The notes beneath the pieces were generated by a model that worked only from the letters and a program-made list of their open reading frames with translations, did not search any database and was not told the origin of the DNA. Below are positions 1-8,825 of a stretch of 40,973 bases of DNA, one piece after another. Position 1 is the first letter of the stretch. Each line of letters opens with the position of its first letter. A program made the position numbers and the translations under genes. Location: sequence record SRR31156797_17365; one strand, given 5' to 3'.

Positions 1-358
1 AGATGGCGGGAGTCGAACCCGCGTCCAAACATATTGCTACCTAAAAATCTACGCTCATAGTCAACTCATTTGTAGATTCGCTTTACAGCTTGCCGAGTGA
101 CAGGCAGTCTGTATCGCTAGTCTGATGATCTCTTTTTTATCTTACAGACGGAAAGATAAAACGTATCCCACTTAGAATAGGACCCTTACTCGAGCACATG
201 GGCGATGCCGAGAGGATCTACGCTAACTGTTTTTAGGCAGCTAAAGCGTAAGAGTTTTCGTTTTTAGCAGTTATATTTAACTGTAACGTTTTAACGTAGA
301 CGTAACCTACGAAGCGCAATTCAGGCTCAACTATGCCTGTCGAATCCGTAACATCCCC
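1..358 (-). ncRNA. ssrA: tmRNA (transfer-messenger RNA); last few 3' bases cut off by the window edge
   Basis: Minus strand starts GGGGATGTTACGGATTCGACAGG and ends ...GACGCGGGTTCGACTCCCGCCATCT (tRNA-Ala-like arms). Internal tag ORF at 268..233 reads AKNENSYALAA*. Confidence 0.97.
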
Positions 359-388
359 TTGATAAAAGGGGTATCGCTACCATTCACT

Positions 389-416
389 AGTATACCATAT
401 TTTCGTGCGTGTGCAA
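389..416 (-). promoter_or_regulatory. Putative sigma-A promoter of ssrA
   Basis: TTGCAC-16nt-TATACT with extended -10 TG, about 30 nt upstream of the mature 5' end. Confidence 0.6.
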
Positions 417-420
417 AGAA

Positions 421-1191
421 TCAGATTAAGTCAAAATGTTTCAGGGCGTGTACGATCCCGCCTTCGGTATTTTTCAAGGTCACGAAGTCTGCCAGCTCTT
501 TTAACTCTTGAATCCCATTTCCCATTGCAATCTTGTGGTCACAAGCTTCTAAAAGGGCGAAATCGTTGCTGCCGTCACCAAAGCCAAAGGTAGGTACATC
601 TTCTAGACCCAATAATTCTACCAAGGTTTTTACGCCAGTCCCTTTAGAAGTCCCGGATTTTACGACATCGATTGAAAAGGGCGTATTACGATAAAAAGTT
701 AGTTCGGGAAAACGCTCATGATAATAAGCATCGTTGCCGACACCTAAAACCAACAACATATTGGTCCGATCAGTTTCATAATGCAGAGGATCGATTTCTG
801 GTAGAGGGCTACGGACGTAGTTATATGCACCAACCATTTCCTCGGTGTGACCAGTCGCCCAATAGCCTTTCTCATTGTAATAACACAGCTCATCGCCATT
901 GTCTTTGACGGCTTGGTACATCCTTGCGCAAAGCTCAGGCTCAAGGGTATCGGAAAAAACTTCTTTGCCATCAATGCGGATAAAAGCACCGTTCATGACG
1001 ATGTTCGAGGTAATACCAGCTGCTTCACGAATAGCGGTAACTTCAGGTTCGGTTCTGCCTGTTGCAATGATCGGCAGTACTTGGTTTTTTCGCAACCTCG
1101 CCATCGCCTCAGCAATTTCCGAAGTGATTTGCGAGTGCGCATCTAAAAGTGTACCGTCAAGATCAAAAAAAGTTAATGCTTTATAGGTCAT
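421..1191 (-). CDS. Cof-type HAD-IIB family hydrolase
   Basis: FFDLDGTL motif I, ATGR, SKG, FGDGSNDFALL motif IV. Confidence 0.92.
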   Translation of the reverse strand: MTYKALTFFDLDGTLLDAHSQITSEIAEAMARLRKNQVLPIIATGRTEPEVTAIREAAGITSNIVMNGAFIRIDGKEVFSDTLEPELCARMYQAVKDNGDELCYYNEKGYWATGHTEEMVGAYNYVRSPLPEIDPLHYETDRTNMLLVLGVGNDAYYHERFPELTFYRNTPFSIDVVKSGTSKGTGVKTLVELLGLEDVPTFGFGDGSNDFALLEACDHKIAMGNGIQELKELADFVTLKNTEGGIVHALKHFDLI

Positions 1192-1336
1192 GTATCTTAC
1201 TCCTAAGGTTTATAGTCATAGTCCACTCACAATCTTATCAAAGATTGAAAAAAAGGCAAACCTTTATGAATAATCGGTGAAGTTGTTGGTAGAAGAAAGA
1301 AATTCGAGTATACTATAGGAAGAATGGAGTGAAACG

Positions 1337-1687
1337 ATGATTTTTTTAGTAATTGGCAGCATTTTTTTCTTGATTGGTCTCACTTTTTTTCTTTTTCCAT
1401 CAAAAAAAATGAACCTTATTTATGGATACCGTTCCTATCTAGCAAAACAAAATGAACGCAATTGGCGACAGGCCCAAAAACTATCTGCCCGATTCTTTCT
1501 GCTTTTTGGCGGAATCATGGCGCTCATTGGGTTTGTCTTGAAATGGCAAGAATGGACCAATTTTTTTCTAGTTGAAATGATCGTGATCCCTTGGTTCATC
1601 GTGCCGATCTTTGGCCTGATCGAAGAAAATCTGCAACGATTTGATAAAGAACATAGAGGTGAAGAAAATGAATATATTAATGATTGA
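1337..1687 (+). CDS. SdpI/YhfL-family small membrane protein
   Basis: Three hydrophobic segments and the N-x2-YGYR-x8-W-x2-AQ motif (NLIYGYRSYLAKQNERNWRQAQ); GGAG RBS. Confidence 0.8.
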   Translation: MIFLVIGSIFFLIGLTFFLFPSKKMNLIYGYRSYLAKQNERNWRQAQKLSARFFLLFGGIMALIGFVLKWQEWTNFFLVEMIVIPWFIVPIFGLIEENLQRFDKEHRGEENEYIND

Positions 1688-2381
1688 AGACAATGAATCT
1701 GTTTCTGAAATGATGCAAATGTTTTTCTTGAATGAAGGATGGGAAGCAGTATTTAAATACGATGGCAAAGAAGGACTAGAGGCCTTTGCTGCTGAACCAG
1801 ACAAGTGGGATATGATCACCCTTGACTTGAATCTTCCTTCCATGGACGGCATGATGGTGGCGCGCGAAATTCGTAAAATCTCTAGTACAGTTCCTATTAT
1901 TATGTTGACGGCCCGTGATTCAGAAAGCGACCAAGTCATCGGGTTAGAGATGGGGGCGGACGACTATGTGACGAAACCCTTTAGTCCATTGACCTTGATT
2001 GCACGGATCAAGGCATTACACCGCCGCAGTGAATTGGTTGAAAAAACAACACCTGAAGCTTCCGATGCCACCTTTGATATCGTCACCGATCATTTCAAAA
2101 TGAACACAAAAACAAGGGAAGCCTATTTAAATGGCAAACCCATCGATGGGTTGACGCCGAAAGAATTTGATTTGCTTTATACGTTAGCGAAAAAACCGCG
2201 ACAAGTGTTTTCGAGAGAACAGCTGTTAGAACTGGTTTGGGATTACCAATACTTTGGCGATGAACGGACCGTTGATGCACACATCAAAAAACTAAGACAA
2301 AAAATTGAAAAAGTGGGGCCACAGATCATTCAAACCGTCTGGGGCGTTGGGTACAAATTTGATGATGCGGGTGCTGCTTAA
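1668..2381 (+). CDS. OmpR-family response regulator, YclJ/YclR-like
   Basis: Receiver domain (IEDN, LDLNLP, GADDYVTKPF) and winged helix (LTPKEFDLL, RTVDAHIKKLR, TVWGVGYKF). Start moved to ATG 1668 behind a GAGGTG RBS. Confidence 0.93.
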   Translation: MNILMIEDNESVSEMMQMFFLNEGWEAVFKYDGKEGLEAFAAEPDKWDMITLDLNLPSMDGMMVAREIRKISSTVPIIMLTARDSESDQVIGLEMGADDYVTKPFSPLTLIARIKALHRRSELVEKTTPEASDATFDIVTDHFKMNTKTREAYLNGKPIDGLTPKEFDLLYTLAKKPRQVFSREQLLELVWDYQYFGDERTVDAHIKKLRQKIEKVGPQIIQTVWGVGYKFDDAGAA

Positions 2382-3841
2382 TGCGCTACCTGTATCAACA
2401 GCTGATTGCATTTTTCGTGGTGATCTTCGTGATCTTGATGACGATTGGTATTGCGTTTACTCAAATGACACGCCAAACGTTACAAGAACGAAATTATGAG
2501 CAGTTAATGGGGTATGCTTCGTCGGTCGCGACGATTTCGCAAATCAGTGATTCAGAATATTTACAGCAAAATATGACCCGGGATGGCTATCTACAGTATT
2601 CCTTGCGTTTGGCTGAGAATATTTTGAGCAACCAAGATATCTCCTTTGCTTTCTTTAAAAGTCCTGATGACATTATTTATCCACTAGATACCGCTCATGC
2701 TGTTGATTTTCCGATCTCTGAAAAAGACTGGCAATCCTTAGAAAATGGGGCGCGTCTACAACTGACTTCCGCCACAAATTTATACGGGGAAAAAGAACTG
2801 ACTTCCTATGTGTTGATACCTTTTTCTGTCAATCGCACGGATTTTTACGGTGTAATGGTGGTTTCGCAATCGGCAAGCAGTATTTTGAATCTTGTCAGTG
2901 CTTTTAATCAAAACTTGTTTAAAGTTTGTTTGATCTCGATCGTTGTCTCATTATTGATCAGTTACCTTTTCGCTACGTTCCAAGTAAGACGGATCAATCG
3001 AATGAAACGAGCAACCAAAGAAATTACTAATGGCAATTTTGATATTTTCTTGCCGGTGCATAATCGGGATGAATTTGATGAATTAGCCGAAGATTTTAAT
3101 TTAATGACGAAATCCTTAAAAGAATCCCAAGAAGAAATTGAACGGCAAGAAGAACGTCGTCGGCAATTTATGGCGGATGCTTCTCATGAGATGCGTACCC
3201 CGTTGACGACCATCAATGGCTTATTGGAGGGCTTAGAGTACAACGCAATTCCTGAGAATCAAAAAGACAATGCGATCCGCTTGATGAAAAATGAAACCAA
3301 TCGCTTGATTCGATTAGTCAACGAAAACCTTGACTACGAAAAAATCAGGACCAATCAAATCTCGATGGTCATCAAAAAATTTGATGCGACGCAAACCATC
3401 AAAAATCTGTTGACGCAACTGGAGAGCAAGGCAGAAATTGCCAAAGATGTGCTGATTTTAGAAACAACCGAGCCAATCGATGTCTACGCGGATTATGATC
3501 GTTTCGTCCAGATCATGGTCAATATTTTACAAAATGCGATCCAGTTTACGGAAGATGGAGAAATTCGGGTCCGAATAGAAAAAGGCTATTTAGAAACGAT
3601 TATCGAAATCAGTGATACGGGGATCGGTATGTCTGAAGAACAAGTCAAAAATATTTGGGATCGTTACTACAAAGTCGATCCGTCCCGTAAAAACCGTCAA
3701 TTTGGCGAATCAGGTCTAGGCTTATCAATCGTTGAACAGCTCGTACGCCTGCACAAAGGAAAGATCAGTGTAGAAAGTGAACTTGGCAAAGGTACGACCT
3801 TTAAAATCTCTTTTCCAGATATCGACTTAAATGAAGAATAA
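2381..3841 (+). CDS. Sensor histidine kinase (2 TM, HAMP, HisKA, HATPase), YclK-like
   Basis: DASHEMRTP H-box, NILQNA N-box, DTGIG, GLGL; TAATG stop/start overlap with the regulator. Confidence 0.93.
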   Translation: MRYLYQQLIAFFVVIFVILMTIGIAFTQMTRQTLQERNYEQLMGYASSVATISQISDSEYLQQNMTRDGYLQYSLRLAENILSNQDISFAFFKSPDDIIYPLDTAHAVDFPISEKDWQSLENGARLQLTSATNLYGEKELTSYVLIPFSVNRTDFYGVMVVSQSASSILNLVSAFNQNLFKVCLISIVVSLLISYLFATFQVRRINRMKRATKEITNGNFDIFLPVHNRDEFDELAEDFNLMTKSLKESQEEIERQEERRRQFMADASHEMRTPLTTINGLLEGLEYNAIPENQKDNAIRLMKNETNRLIRLVNENLDYEKIRTNQISMVIKKFDATQTIKNLLTQLESKAEIAKDVLILETTEPIDVYADYDRFVQIMVNILQNAIQFTEDGEIRVRIEKGYLETIIEISDTGIGMSEEQVKNIWDRYYKVDPSRKNRQFGESGLGLSIVEQLVRLHKGKISVESELGKGTTFKISFPDIDLNEE

Positions 3842-3843
3842 GG

Positions 3844-3883
3844 AATCGACCGGCAGCAATTCGCTTAGCCGGTCGATTTTTTT
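3844..3883 (+). terminator. Intrinsic terminator after the kinase gene
   Basis: AATCGACCGGC...GCCGGTCGATT stem followed by a T tract. Confidence 0.75.
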
Positions 3884-3958
3884 GCGGTTCATTGGCAGCA
3901 GCCCAAACAAAAAGACTTGCTTTTGCAAGCAAGCCTTTTTGTATGAGGGCTATGTAAA

Positions 3959-4432
3959 CTATAGATAAGTGGTATAGGGCGTATGGGCAAAGCATTCGTC
4001 TTCATGGATCAAATAGATGGCAACAGCAAATTGTTCGGCGATTTCTTGGCACAAAGGTAGCAGGATTTGGACCTCTTCTGTTGTTAACGTGCTCAAGACA
4101 TTTTCGATTAAAAGGGTTTCTCTTTCTGAAAGTAACGCTAAGAGCAGCTGAATTTTGATCTCCTCAAAGGGGCCTAATTCTGTCCGCTCTTTTTTCAAAG
4201 CCGATAAGGGAAGCTGAACATAAGGCAGAACACCCTCTAAATCGCCCCCTTTTTTATTTGCAAGAGATACATTGTCCATGACGGATAAAAAGGGAACGGA
4301 AGGCCATTGAGCACGAATCAAGATGGCTTTTTTTTGTGAAAGCAGCAAACTTAATTCAGAAGTTTTTGTTTCATTGTCTTTCGAAACATAATAGAAACCA
4401 ATTGGTTTCGTTAGCTGAGTTGGTTTTTCCAT
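3959..4432 (-). CDS. Degenerate ABC-transporter ATP-binding-like protein (pseudo-ATPase)
   Basis: ABC NBD motif order is recognisable but degenerate. GGAGG RBS before ATG 4432; overlaps the end of the upstream gene. Confidence 0.6.
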   Translation of the reverse strand: MEKPTQLTKPIGFYYVSKDNETKTSELSLLLSQKKAILIRAQWPSVPFLSVMDNVSLANKKGGDLEGVLPYVQLPLSALKKERTELGPFEEIKIQLLLALLSERETLLIENVLSTLTTEEVQILLPLCQEIAEQFAVAIYLIHEDECFAHTPYTTYL

Positions 4433-5148
4433 TGTTTTTTCCTCCAATACAGACTATGTCCGCTGGCAATCAAACCAGTAAAACTGGTAACAGCGGCAAG
4501 TATGACGACAAGTGTGTGGCGTGTGCTTTCAAATAAAATAGCAAGCCAAGTGGTGCTGTTCAAATCGACATTTTGGACCAGAATTTGACTATTCTGCGGA
4601 ATCGTAATGGCGAATTCTTGTCCAGGAAGACTTTGTACAGCCTCCCAAAAGTTATCAGAAGCACGCTCTCGATCAAGGGCAATGATATGCCCACTAAGTA
4701 ATTCCCGCTGGAAATAAGGCTGGAAGAGTAGCAATAAGACAAAGGCGATCACAGCGGCTGCTAAGAGCGGCAAGAGCATTTCAATGATCTGCATCGCTAC
4801 CCATTGTCTGGTGGTGGCGCCACTTGCTAACCAAGCTGTGTATTCCGAGCGTTTATATAATTGATAGTAAACTTGAAAGCCAATAAAGACCAGTGTAAAG
4901 GCACTAAAAATCAAATAGAACAGTTGATGATAAATTGTCGTGACTGGTTGGATCTCTTCGGCTACTTTCGTTTGCAGATCTTCTGTCGCCAAGAGATCTC
5001 TTGTTTGAGCGATCACTTGATCCATCGAATAGATCAAGGCAAACGTCACGATCAAGCCAATCACGGCAAAGAAGGATACAAGCGTATAAAGCACCATGGC
5101 TTTTTTATGATAAAAAATGCTGGCAATCGCAAAATGTATAGTTTTCAT
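4411..5148 (-). CDS. FtsX/MacB-like membrane protein (about 4 TM)
   Basis: MacB-like N-terminus (AIASIFYHKK then TM1) and KRSEYTAWLASGATTRQW..QIIE, resembling the FtsX-domain R-x-E-x5-G loop; GAGGTG RBS. Confidence 0.65.
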   Translation of the reverse strand: MKTIHFAIASIFYHKKAMVLYTLVSFFAVIGLIVTFALIYSMDQVIAQTRDLLATEDLQTKVAEEIQPVTTIYHQLFYLIFSAFTLVFIGFQVYYQLYKRSEYTAWLASGATTRQWVAMQIIEMLLPLLAAAVIAFVLLLLFQPYFQRELLSGHIIALDRERASDNFWEAVQSLPGQEFAITIPQNSQILVQNVDLNSTTWLAILFESTRHTLVVILAAVTSFTGLIASGHSLYWRKKQWKNQLS

Positions 5149-5172
5149 CTAAGTCACCTCATCCTAGTACAT

Positions 5173-5204
5173 AGTATAAAAGGGGAGTTTGAATAAAGTA
5201 TGAA
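5173..5204 (-). promoter_or_regulatory. -10 TATACT preceded by direct repeat TTCATACTTT-A-TTCAAACTCC (YclJ-box-like)
   Basis: 11-bp-period repeat typical of OmpR-family sites; no canonical -35. Confidence 0.55.
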
Positions 5205-5273
5205 GTTCTTGTAGTAAAATATCGAAGCTAAAAAAGTGGCAAGAAAGTTCGACTTTTTCTTATCAAATAGTGC

Positions 5274-5308
5274 AAAAAAATCCAGCAAGGCAGGTGCCTT
5301 ACTGGATT
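5274..5308 (-). terminator. Intrinsic terminator of ltaS
   Basis: AATCCAG-AAGGCA / TGCCTT-CTGGATT stem, with an A7 run on the + strand giving a U tract on the - strand. Confidence 0.7.
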
Positions 5309-5328
5309 GATTATTGGTTGTTCTTACT

Positions 5329-7452
5329 TTACTCGCCGCTATCTTGTTCCGTCATCTGCTGGTATTCTTGGAAGGTTTTTGTTTGATACAGATCGACGGT
5401 CGATTGATTGCCATTTTGAGAAAAGGCACTAGTTGAATCACTGCCTAGATTCTTTTCAATGTCCATCATTTGCTGAAGGGCGTCTTTGTAGTTATAGGTC
5501 GAAGGATCAACTTCTTCTAGACCGCTTTTCGCGTAGAATCGTAAAAGGTCACCATTATTGATCTGATCAGAAACCGAAAGCTGCTTGTCGACTTTGGCTT
5601 TCCATTCATCGACTTTGGCTTGCAATTCATCGGATGGATCGTTGATCGGCATGCCGGTACGATTGTCATACAATGTACTGCTGTAGTAGGTGTAGTCTGG
5701 TGTCACAAAGTCGCCATCGCGGAAAGCAACCAGTTGTTCGTTTTGATCAGAGAATAAATCTTGTCCTAATTGGATATAGTTTGATGTATCCACACCCAGT
5801 AAGTGCAATAGGGTTGGCAAGGCATCGACTTGGCCACCATACGTATGATTGATGCCGCCGTTTGATTGTCCTGGAATATGAATCATATAAGGCACACGTT
5901 GTAACGAGGCATTGTCAAAGTTTGTCCATGTAGAACTTGTTTTTCCAAGCAATTCTGCTAAGTTACGGTTACGAGAATTGGAAATTCCGTAATGGTCACC
6001 ATATAAAACGATGACTGAGTTTTCGTATAAGCCACTTTCTTTCAAGTAATTGAAGAACTCTTCCACGGCTTTATCCAAATAATTCGCGGTTGCGAAATAG
6101 CCATTGATCGTTTGATCAGAAGTGTTCGCTAGCGGGAAGCCGCCTTCTTCATTGGTAAATTCAGAATATGGGTAGTGGTTAGAAACCGCAATGAATTTTG
6201 AATAGAACGGTTGTTGCAGACGTTCTAAGTATTGTACGGATTGTTCAAAGAACGGTTTGTCATGTAGACCGTATTGGAATGAATTTTCATCATTGACATC
6301 ATAATAAGATGCGTCGAAGAAATAATCATAGCCAAACCGTTTGTAGGTTTCATTTCGGTTCCAGAAGGTACCGGTATTTCCGTGGAAAACAGCACTGGTA
6401 TAGCCTTGCGTTTGACCTAAAATATCTGGCGCTGCCTCAAAGGTATTTTTCCCACCCAGTTGAGTGAATAACGCTCCTTGATTCAATCCAAACAGGGAAT
6501 TTTCGAATAATGTTTCGGCATCACTGGTCTTCCCAGCTTTTACTTGGTGGAAGAAATTATCAAAACTAAAGGTACTATCGCTATGGTATAAACTATTGAT
6601 AAACGGCATGACTTCATGTTCCACGCCATCTTCATCTTTCAATTTATAATCGATCAAGAATTGCTGAACACTTTCTAAGTGAATATAAATGACATTCTTG
6701 CCTTTTGCGATACCGAACAGATCATCATTTGGTTCTGCGTAATGTTCTTTAACATAGCTCTCTACTTCGTTCATGTCGTTGGGACTCGCTTCGGCACGTA
6801 CTTGCGAAGCTTGATAAGTTTGTACCCCATCATAAACCGTAAAGGCGTTGATCCCAAGATATTTGACTAAATAGTCACGAGAAAACGTTCGAGTAAGCAA
6901 TTCAGGACGATCCGCCTCTGCTAAGAAAAGGTTGGCAGAAAAGACCATGACAGCCAATGTTGAAATGGCGAAAGCCATCCGTGCCCGTACAGGACGAGTG
7001 TCCATTTTGATTTTCTTCATTGAAAAGGCTGCAATTAACACGATAAAGTCAATGAAGTACAACACATCGTAGGGACGGAACAAGCGAATTGCGCTTTCTC
7101 CTAGACCACTTGCTACTTTTCCTACACCGAGCATCGTGTTGATGGTGATAAAGTCAGTGAATTCTCGATAGTACGAAACATTAGAGAACAACAGCAGAGT
7201 CATCAAGAAATAGATCACAAGCATCGTGATATAAGCTGCTTTGGTTCTTCTTACGTACAATGCGATCGACAGCAACAACAAAGTCGTTGCGATCGGATTG
7301 ATGAATAAGATGAAGTACTGAATGCTGCTTTCAATACCTAGGTGGAAGTCCACCATATAGGCAAAGATATTTTTTAGCCAAAATAATAGGGCTAATAGGA
7401 AAAAAAAGCCCATTCTTGTATTCACAAAGGTGGATACTTTATTTTTTTTCAA
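5329..7452 (-). CDS. ltaS: Lipoteichoic acid synthase LtaS
   Basis: Five N-terminal TM helices, AEA signal-peptidase site, sulfatase-fold motifs HLES, GKTSDAE (catalytic Thr), SNHYPY, YGDH; TTG start. Confidence 0.93.
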   Translation of the reverse strand: MKKNKVSTFVNTRMGFFFLLALLFWLKNIFAYMVDFHLGIESSIQYFILFINPIATTLLLLSIALYVRRTKAAYITMLVIYFLMTLLLFSNVSYYREFTDFITINTMLGVGKVASGLGESAIRLFRPYDVLYFIDFIVLIAAFSMKKIKMDTRPVRARMAFAISTLAVMVFSANLFLAEADRPELLTRTFSRDYLVKYLGINAFTVYDGVQTYQASQVRAEASPNDMNEVESYVKEHYAEPNDDLFGIAKGKNVIYIHLESVQQFLIDYKLKDEDGVEHEVMPFINSLYHSDSTFSFDNFFHQVKAGKTSDAETLFENSLFGLNQGALFTQLGGKNTFEAAPDILGQTQGYTSAVFHGNTGTFWNRNETYKRFGYDYFFDASYYDVNDENSFQYGLHDKPFFEQSVQYLERLQQPFYSKFIAVSNHYPYSEFTNEEGGFPLANTSDQTINGYFATANYLDKAVEEFFNYLKESGLYENSVIVLYGDHYGISNSRNRNLAELLGKTSSTWTNFDNASLQRVPYMIHIPGQSNGGINHTYGGQVDALPTLLHLLGVDTSNYIQLGQDLFSDQNEQLVAFRDGDFVTPDYTYYSSTLYDNRTGMPINDPSDELQAKVDEWKAKVDKQLSVSDQINNGDLLRFYAKSGLEEVDPSTYNYKDALQQMMDIEKNLGSDSTSAFSQNGNQSTVDLYQTKTFQEYQQMTEQDSGE

Positions 7453-7511
7453 AGGAATCGTCCTCTCTTTTTCCAGTATAACCGGTAAATTACGATTTTA
7501 CATCACAGTAC

Positions 7512-7540
7512 ATTTTACTAGGCTGTGAAAGACGTGTCAA
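7512..7540 (-). promoter_or_regulatory. sigma-A promoter of ltaS
   Basis: TTGACA-17nt-TAAAAT. Confidence 0.65.
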
Positions 7541-7635
7541 ATGAATTCCTTGTCATGACGCGGAATTAAGTATTTCTTTACTTTCAAGGATACAGACAAT
7601 ACTGTCGCTTTTTGCTATACTAAAAAGGAGAATGA

Positions 7636-8820
7636 ATGGAGCAGATGAACATGAAAATAAAACTAACGAAGCAAGGATCAGCGAAGCTTCGCAAAAAGAA
7701 TCCGTTGATCCAACGAGAAGATCTTCAACAAGCAATCGAGACGAAGGAGTGGGTCACCTTTATTGATCAGGCCAACCATTTCTTAGGTGTCGGCTATCTT
7801 GGGGAACAAAATAAAGGGATCGGATGGGTCGTATCCTTTGAAGAAACAGTGATCGACCAAGCATTCTTTGCGCAACGCTTTGCGAAAGCAAAAGGCAAAC
7901 GCATTGCTTACTATCAAGATGACCTGACAGATGCCTTTCGTCTGTTTAATGGCGAGGGGGATCAATTGGGGGGACTTACCGTAGATTTGTATGGCGAGTA
8001 TGTCGTTTTTTCTTGGTACAATGCCACCCTTTATCAACATAAAAAAGCGATCGTGGCGGCTTTTCGTCAAATATTTCCCGAGATCAAAGGGGCTTATGAA
8101 AAAATCCGCTTTACGTCTGAGCTGCCTGAATCAGCATGGGTCTATGGAAAAACGGCACCTGAACCCTTACTGGTGAAGGAAAATGGCGTCACGTATGCGA
8201 CGTATTTGAACGAAGGACTAATGACGGGCATCTTTTTGGATCAAAAAGAAGTTCGTGGGCAACTTGTTGATGGCTTGGCAGCTGGCAAGACGGTTTTAAA
8301 TATGTTCAGTTATACGGGGGCGTTTTCTGTCGCTGCTGCTGTCGGTGGCGCTGCTCAAACAACGAGCGTCGATTTGGCAAAACGCAGTCTAGAAAAGACC
8401 CGCGAACAATTTGCAGTCAACGGCATTGATCCAGATACCCAGCGTATCCATGTCATGGATGTTTTCAATTACTTCAATTATGCCAGCAAAAAAGACTTGC
8501 GCTTTGATGTGATCGTTTTAGATCCGCCGAGTTTTGCCCGCAACAAGAAAAAGGTCTTCTCGGTTGCGAAAAATTATGGCGACTTAGTCACTGATAGTTT
8601 GGCGATTTTAGCGCCTGATGGCTTGTTGATCGCCTCAACGAATGCGGCCAATCTTTCACCGAGGAAGTTTCAAGAAATGATCGAAGCATCCTTAGAGAAA
8701 GCACACGTTGCTTATGAATGTATTCAAAGTTATCGTCTACCAGCTGATTTTGCGGTAGATAAGCATTTTTCCGAAGGGAACTATCTGAAAGTATTCTTTT
8801 ATCAAATGAAAAAGGAGTGA
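7636..8820 (+). CDS. Class I SAM-dependent rRNA methyltransferase (RlmI/YwbD-like)
   Basis: RLFNGEGD, TGIFLDQ, VLNMFSYTGAFS, DVIVLDPPSF, YLK; the start could be slightly downstream. Confidence 0.88.
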   Translation: MEQMNMKIKLTKQGSAKLRKKNPLIQREDLQQAIETKEWVTFIDQANHFLGVGYLGEQNKGIGWVVSFEETVIDQAFFAQRFAKAKGKRIAYYQDDLTDAFRLFNGEGDQLGGLTVDLYGEYVVFSWYNATLYQHKKAIVAAFRQIFPEIKGAYEKIRFTSELPESAWVYGKTAPEPLLVKENGVTYATYLNEGLMTGIFLDQKEVRGQLVDGLAAGKTVLNMFSYTGAFSVAAAVGGAAQTTSVDLAKRSLEKTREQFAVNGIDPDTQRIHVMDVFNYFNYASKKDLRFDVIVLDPPSFARNKKKVFSVAKNYGDLVTDSLAILAPDGLLIASTNAANLSPRKFQEMIEASLEKAHVAYECIQSYRLPADFAVDKHFSEGNYLKVFFYQMKKE

Positions 8821-8825
8821 AGGAG

